Source of the DNA: Octopus sinensis
Taxonomy: Eukaryota
Length of the DNA stretch: 42,255 bases
Direction of reading: 5' to 3'
NCBI RefSeq assembly: GCF_006345805.1
Contig: NW_021835180.1
Coordinates: 1-42,255, forward strand
This document shows, one piece after another, positions 35,346-42,255 of the stretch (the first letter of the stretch is position 1; every line of letters starts with the position of its first letter). Under the pieces are notes generated by a model. The model was not told the DNA's origin. It saw only the letters and a list, made by a program, of their open reading frames with translations, and did not search any database. A program made the position numbers and the translations under genes.

Positions 35346-35568
35346 TCCATAAGCATTCAGATTATTTTATCAAATGTAATGCTTATTTATTCTCATAGTT
35401 TTAAATTAACCATGTATTATCTTATAGCTTTCAGATTTCAATGATGTTATTGTTTAGTTTTAGAGTGGAAGTTGTAGAGCAGATGTGAGAGACCAGATCC
35501 GCCTTGTTTGAACGTAAAACATATATAGAATATTTGGGCTTGATGAGGCCGGTTTAAACGCTAAAGGG
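35346..35568. mobile_element. piggyBac-type MITE
   Basis: TTAA at 35342-35345 and 35569-35572. Right end ...GCTAAAGGG|TTAA, degenerate left end TCCATAAGC. Confidence 0.65.
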
Positions 35569-35689
35569 TTAATGCTGGGTCCCCATAGCCATTCGATATT
35601 TAAAAAAATACAATTAGGAACTACATAAAACTTCGAAAATTATTATTTGTAAATCTCACAAGGAGAGATATTCAGCAACAGTACTTTGG

Positions 35690-35941
35690 AGTAAAGATTA
35701 TTTGCCAACATAATATGGCAGTCCTGGTTTAGGATGGAAGTTGCTGTAATTTAGCCCCGGAAATCGCGATACACAGATATTGTTCTGAGCTGAATGGGGA
35801 TGATAGATTCTCTTGTTCGAAAATTTAAGGACACAGATCGTGCCATATAGCCAACTGGAGACGATGTCACCTGGGGCTAAATTACAGCAACATTCGTCCT
35901 AAACCAGGACTGTCATGTTATGTTGGCAAATAAACTTTACT
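35690..35941. mobile_element. Fold-back MITE with ~69-bp TIRs
   Basis: 35690-35758 versus the reverse complement of 35873-35941 show about 6 mismatches, with the inner 19 bp perfect (gttgctgtaatttagcccc). Confidence 0.8.
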
Positions 35942-35999
35942 ATATAAAACTTGTTAAAATAATTTATGTATTGTAAAAGTATAACCAAGTTATTGCTGA

Positions 36000-36066
36000 T
36001 AAATTTTAAAGGCAATATCTTCTCTGGACCCCCGTGGGTCATATGGACCTTAGTTGAGAACCACTG
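36000..36066 (-). mobile_element. hAT-type MITE end
   Basis: Minus strand CAGTGGTTCTCAAC..GGTCCATATGACCCACGGGGGTCC, a typical hAT MITE terminus. Partner end not identified. Confidence 0.55.
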
Positions 36067-36189
36067 GTGTAGGTAGTCACTCGATCTGCAAAAAATAACA
36101 GCCACATCCCTTGTCTTATAAATTAGGAAATGTGCTAATGGGTTTCATGTAGATCGGATGAAATGCTGTGAAGCACTTTTCCAGGTCCA

Positions 36190-36300
36190 GAAAAAGTATT
36201 TTACGTTTCGAGCCTACGCTCTTCTACTGAAAGGGACACGGAAAAAACAAGGAAAGTAGAAAGCATAAAAATAAATATAAAAATAAAGTAATGACAATAA
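36190..36300 (-). mobile_element. Family P2 copy (hammerhead-like fold at 36199-36233)
   Basis: Minus strand CTTT CAGTAGA A GAGC GTAG GCTC GAAAC GTA AAA. Confidence 0.7.
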
Positions 36301-36519
36301 TAACAGTTTTACGTAACGTTCAAAGGTTTTTTTTAGACGTCGTGGTGTATTGCAAGGATTTCTCATCAAGGGTAGAGTCCACTGTGATCCGTGTGTAGGA
36401 GAGGTGCAGCCGGAGGGTAAATATCCAAACGAAGCCGTAAATGGTAGATAAAGAGTAGCTAAGAGTCCAGTGGAGAAGTTCGTAGTGGTCAGAAAAGATA
36501 GGATCAACATGTGCGACCA

Positions 36520-36905
36520 CGTGAGCGAAATGCTTAGCGGTATTTCGTCTGCGTTACGTTGGGAGTTCAAATTCCGCCGAGGTCGACTTTGCCTTTCATC
36601 CTTTCGGGGTCGATAAATTAAGTACCAGTTACGCACTGGGGTCAATGTAATCGACTTAATACCTATGTCTGGCCTTGTTTGTTCCCTCTGTGTTTAGCTC
36701 CTTGTGGGTAATAAAGAAATAGGTATTTCGCCTGCCATTACGTTCTGAGTTCAAATTCCGTCGAGGTCGACTTTGCCTTTCATCCTTTCGGGGTCGATAA
36801 ATTAAGTACCAGTTACGCACTGGGGTCGATGTAATCGACTTAATACCTATGTCTGTCCTTGTTTGTTCCCTCTATGTTTAGCCCCTTGTGGGTAATAAAG
36901 AAATA
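36520..36905 (+). mobile_element. SINE family A, two head-to-tail units (~183-bp period)
   Basis: ggtatttcg.ctgc..ttacgtt..gagttcaaattccg...gggtaataaagaaata occurs twice. Confidence 0.92.
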
Positions 36906-37203
36906 GGTATATATATAGGGAGAGTTCACGAAAAAAACAAACGACGAAGACAAGCGGTGTACAAAACAAACAGATGTATTAGTTATATATGTATATATGT
37001 ATGAATCTCTCCCTATGTGTGTGTGTGTGTGTGTGTGTATGTCCTCGTGTGTATGTATTTATTTACGCATGCACGAATATATACATAAATACATGAAATC
37101 ATGAACACGGAATCTATGTGAATCTACACATAATAGAATTCTAAGAAAACAACATCAATACGTAACCCGAACGTGCATACTAGCACAAATACAGATGTGT
37201 TTC

Positions 37204-37300
<97 letters not shown>

Positions 37301-37488
37301 TAAAGAAAGAGAGAGAGAGAGGTTGTATGCGTGCGTGCAGATAAATATATAGATACATATATGCACGTACCCGATTTAACAGTTAGTATCGTAACATTTT
37401 TATAGTGGATGTAGACTATTATATATATATATATAAATATATATCTGTGTGTGTGTGTGTTTATATATATATATCTGTGTGTGTGTGT

Positions 37489-37542
<54 letters not shown>

Positions 37543-38084
37543 TCTCTTGTGTCTAGGGAGAGTCATTCTCTTTTGGTGCTTTGCAATTTAACACACTCAC
37601 CGGTGAAATTTCCAGATTATAAAAATATTTTTCTAAAACTTTCGTTGCATCTTGCAACCTTTTCAATAATATGTATATATATATATATACACACACACAA
37701 ATGTATATATATCGTAACCTTTTTATTGTGGATGCTTGATATTCATATATATATATATAATATGAATATGAATATTAGGAGAAAATTTCTTTTAAATTGA
37801 TGCTTTTACAGATTTAAATGGAAGCTGTAGAATATAGAAGCATTACCAAGTATTCTGTACTTACGCAAATACATGATAAATAAATAAATATAATTTCGCA
37901 TAACATCCAGCTTATACAACAGTTTAATATTAGGTTAGAAAATTTTATGGCGGAAGAAAGTCTGGAATTGGTGAAGAAATGGCTGGTTGATCATAAGAAA
38001 CGCTGGAAACTGCCAAATAATCTTTATCAAGAAACAAAAAAAAAGAAGAGAAAAAAAACAATTGTAGTCGTAGAGTCGTGACTG

Positions 38085-38990
38085 GCGGGAGGTTACTTGC
38101 AAAGTGGCTCAATATTTGTGATGGTTATTCCGTCGAGGTCGACTTTGCCTTTCATCCTTTCGGGGTTGATAAATTAAGAACCAGTTGTGTACTGGGGTCG
38201 ATATAATCAATTGGCTCCCTCCTCCAAAATTTCGGGCCTTGTGCCTAGTGTAGAAAAGAATATTTGTGTTGGTTACTCCGCCGAGGTCGAATTTTTCTTT
38301 TATCTGTTCGAGGTCGATAAATTAAGTACCAGTTGCGTAGTAGGGTTGATCTAATCGACTGGACCTCCCCCCAAAACTTTCGGACCTTGTGCCTAGAGTA
38401 GAAAAGAATGCTTGTGATGGTTTTAGGGCGGCGAGCTCGCAGAAACTTTGGCACGCCGGACGAAGGGCTTAGCGGTATTTCTTCTGCTGTTACGTTTTGA
38501 GTTCAAATTCCTCTGAGGTCGACGTTGACTTTCATCCCGAAAGGATGAAAGGCAAAGTCGACATTGATTAGATAAGTATCAGTTACACAGTGAGGTCGAT
38601 GTAATCGACTTAATCCGTTTGTCTGTCTTTGTTTGTCCTCTCTGTGTTTAGCTTTCTGTGGGCAATAAAGAAATAAATATTTATGATGGACTTAGGGCGG
38701 CGAGCTAGCAGAAACGTTAGCACGCCGGGCGAAATGCTTAGCGGGTTTACATTCTGAGTTCGAATTCTGCCGAGATCGACTTTGCCTTTCATCCTTCCGG
38801 CGTCGATAAAATAAGTACTAGTGAAACACTGGGGTCGATGTGATCGACTAATCTCCTCCCCACGAATTTAAGGGCTTGTGCCTAATGTAGAAAGCGTTGT
38901 TTTGAGTTAAAATTTCGCCGAGGTCAATTTTGCCTTTCATCCTTTCAGGGTTGATAAATTAAGTATCAGCTGCGGAGTCGGGTCGATCTA
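38085..38990 (+). mobile_element. Cluster of about 5 same-orientation SINE family A units
   Basis: The gaggtcgac/ctttgcctttcatcc block recurs at about 38135, 38283, 38515, 38772 and 38920. Confidence 0.88.
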
Positions 38991-39389
38991 GAGCAGAAAA
39001 TAATTAAAAGGCAATATACACAAATAGTGTTATACATATTTTATACATTTCTATACAAAAAATACATACGCTATAAATAGCATTTTCAAACACAATCATT
39101 CAGATTTATGTATACATGTGTATACATATCGAACAGGACACTAAATAAAATAGCAGCACACACACATATATTTTCCGATACACACATACATTATAGGCAC
39201 ACTAATAAAGACCATTAAGCACACATCCAAACATACATACCTGTACATACGTACCTATGCGTATATAGACACATAACAAAAGGCCCTCTCATACATATAC
39301 ATGCATACATATATATGTATAAATACATATATATGTATATGTACACACACACATATATATATGTACATGTGTGTGTATATATATTCAAT

Positions 39390-39549
39390 AGGAGTGGCTG
39401 TGTGGTAAGTAGCTTGTTTACGAACCGCTTGGTTCCGTGTTCAGTCCCACTGCGTGGCACCTTGGGCAAGTGTCTTCTACTATAGGCTCGGGCCGACCAA
39501 AGCCTTGCGAGTGGATTTGGTAGACGGAAACTGAAAGAAGCCCGTCGTA

Positions 39550-39582
<33 letters not shown>

Positions 39583-39927
39583 TAATAAATAAAACATATG
39601 CATATATATAAACATATATGTTCGTACCTTCCTCTACATGTATATATACACGCATATATGAGTACAGGACACCAAAAAAAAACGTCGAACACAATGAGGA
39701 ACGAAAACATAGACACAAACCCAAGGAACTGGACATGTATGTGTGTATATGTTTGTGCCTGTTTTTGTCCCCAACATCGCTCGACAACCGATGCTAGTGA
39801 GTTTACGTCTCCATAACTTAGCGGCTCGGCAAAATAGACGGATAGAATAAGTACTAGGCTTACAAAGAATAAGTCCTGTGATCAATTTTCTCAACTAAAG
39901 GCGATGCTGCAGCATGGCCGCAGTCAA
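39390..39927 (+). mobile_element. SINE family B, full length with an expanded internal region
   Basis: Head ggagtggctgtgtggtaag, tail ...gcatggccgcagtcaa. Confidence 0.9.
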
Positions 39928-39934
39928 TATATAT

Positions 39935-39990
<56 letters not shown>

Positions 39991-39995
<5 letters not shown>

Positions 39996-40356
39996 ATATA
40001 TAAACGGCAGTTGTCTGTGTGTGTTTCTGTGTGGTCTGTTTGCTTGTACCCTCACCCTGACCACGGCTTTCAACCGATTCTGATGAAACTTGACACACAC
40101 ATAGCCCAATGTCATAATTCAAAACTAACGCAGCGAAAATTTTGAAAAGTTCCCCCAGTTCTGAAAAAAATCGATAAATTCGACATGGGGTCGAGAATCA
40201 GAAACACAAACCACAGACTGTCTAGGGGACGCACATCGACCTTTTAACTAAAAAAAAAATTTAACATTTTTTTCCCAATTTTTTGGCTATAACTATCTAA
40301 AAATGCTTTATAGTTATTTCCCTACAAACCCGAGCAACGCGGGGCGATACTGGTTA

Positions 40357-40357
<1 letters not shown>
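39991..40357 (+). mobile_element. Non-autonomous Helitron-type element
   Basis: A|TC 5' end (TCTCTATATATAAACGGCAG), a (GT)-rich tract near the 5' end, a subterminal cccgagcaacgcgggg hairpin-like motif, and a TTAG|T 3' end (CTAG variant). Inserted in (TA)n with no TSD. Confidence 0.7.
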
Positions 40358-40396
<39 letters not shown>

Positions 40397-41559
40397 CAAG
40401 ATATATGCATACAGATACATACAAACATATGTACGTACTATGATAGGAATCAAACAATAAAATCACGTCAAGAGGCTAACATACGCATACATCTATTAAA
40501 ATACACACAAATGCCTCGTACATATATACACACCTACACGCTTACATTCATATCATATTCATGCATACATACATATACACCCATACACAGCCATCAAACA
40601 ACAACCACACGACAAAAGGCCCAACACAAAGACCATCTCAGACAAACCCATTCTACCCTTTCGTTGAACCTTAACACGCACGTCAATCTATGGAAGCGAC
40701 CCCTGGTGAGACGTTCACATCTATTGCATCGTTTAGTCGGTTATTTGACCCCTGTCCGCCGCACCCCCGTCACTAGTCGAAAGCCATCACTTTGAGTCTT
40801 TTATTATCAACTTTGTTACGTTCCTCTACTTCACTATCACTTTCTGTACTCACGTTGCTGCTCACTTTTATATCTTTCTCGACACCTCTCTCTTACTTTC
40901 TCCTCCCACCTCTCTCAGTTTTCGTTTTTCCACTTTTCTGCTGTTCTCCCATTTTTCTATCATAGCGTTATGTGCAATGAATGTATGTGTTTGTATGCAT
41001 GCATTGGATATATATGTATGTGTTCATGCATACACATATGTATGCATGTATTCATGCATGCACGTATGTATGTATATCTATATGTATGTGTGTATATATA
41101 TTTATATATATCTATTCTGCATGTATATACCTATATTCATTGCATGTATGTATTCATGCATGCACCTATGTATGTATGTATGTATGTATGTATGTATGTA
41201 TGTATATATGTATGTGTGTATGAGTATATATTATATAATATATATATATATATATTACACATGCATATACATATAGCCATTGCATGTATGTATGTATATA
41301 TGTATGTGTGTATGAGTGTATATATATATGTGTGTGTGTTACGCATGTATATACCTATATTCATTATACACACACACACGTATGTATATATAATGAATAT
41401 AGGTATATATACGCGTAATATAGATATGCCTATACACACACAACAGACACACACACACACACACACACACACACGCCTACATTGTAATAAACGTATGTCT
41501 GTATATCACAACCTTACTCTTCTTCATATCCTTATCCCCCCAATCTTTTAGATAATCCC

Positions 41560-41639
41560 ATTTCCTCTCTAAATCTCTCCATCGCCATTTCTAATTCATT
41601 AAAACCAGCATTTTACTGGCTGCTCAGTTTTCCCTTTCT

Positions 41640-41676
<37 letters not shown>

Positions 41677-42255
41677 TCACAACTCTCTTTTCTAATCACC
41701 CTCTGCCCCTCTCCCTCTCCCTCTCCCATCCTCATCTCCCTTCTTCTCACTCCTCTCCACTCTCATCTCTCTCTCTCTCTCTCTCTTAAGCTTTCTGTAT
41801 TTCTCTCCACCATTTAACTTTTTATCTTTCTACGCTGACTTTCTCTCTCTCATTTACACTCTCCCTTACTTTCTTTCTCTCTCTCTCTCTGTGACTTTCT
41901 TCCCCACTATTATTATCTACCTCCTAATCTCGGTTCTCCTCCTCCCGCTCACTTTCTCCCTCTCTCCCTCTCTCCCTCTCTCTCTGTCTCTCATTTAAAA
42001 CTTCCAGTTATTTCTTAGAGAATTTCATTGAAACTATCTTACTCTTACCTCTCTAACTCTTTCTCTCTCTTCACATATCTCCCTTTATCTATCTTTACAT
42101 TTCTCCATCTTCAACATGTCTCTCTCTCTCTCTGTCTCTCTCTTTCTTTTTCTCTCCCATTTTCTCTAAATTCTCTTTCCTTTATTTCTATCTTTTTTCT
42201 TGAAGATGTCTCACTGTTTCCCTTAATACCCCACAATACTTTTTCAACCTCTCTC
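41560..42255. repeat. ~700-bp CT-rich polypyrimidine low-complexity tract
   Basis: Direct inspection. Confidence 0.9.

Noticed and set aside
38085-38990. Regularly recurring conserved blocks resembling a CRISPR-like array
   Set aside because: The units are 150-250-bp SINE copies with homologous intervening sequence, in a eukaryotic context with no cas genes.

Overview
AT-rich, repeat-saturated animal genomic DNA. It is most likely an Octopus genome, inferred from the tRNA-derived SINE families and dense (TA/CA/TACA/TAGA)n microsatellites. Almost every ORF in the supplied track is a microsatellite or SINE translation artefact. The left edge holds the start of a Ty3/Gypsy gag on the minus strand (ATG at 324, running off the window, one frameshift). 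Upstream of it are a GC-rich leader with ETS/NRF1-like motifs, a candidate small intron and an LTR-like segment. The rest of the window has about 30 SINE copies from roughly five families, two Penelope-type families carrying minimal hammerhead-ribozyme folds, and decayed RLE-type and Tx1-type LINE fragments. It also has hAT, piggyBac, mariner and Helitron-type non-autonomous elements, a 190-bp-arm near-perfect palindrome and a ~429-bp tandem duplication. Several short splice-site-bounded segments can be chained into possible host-gene microexons (EGF/FN3-like and C-type-lectin-like on +, an unidentified chain on -). These were found by eye and are low confidence. SINE and LINE boundaries are approximate to about 10-20 bp. 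SINE family letters are my own labels.
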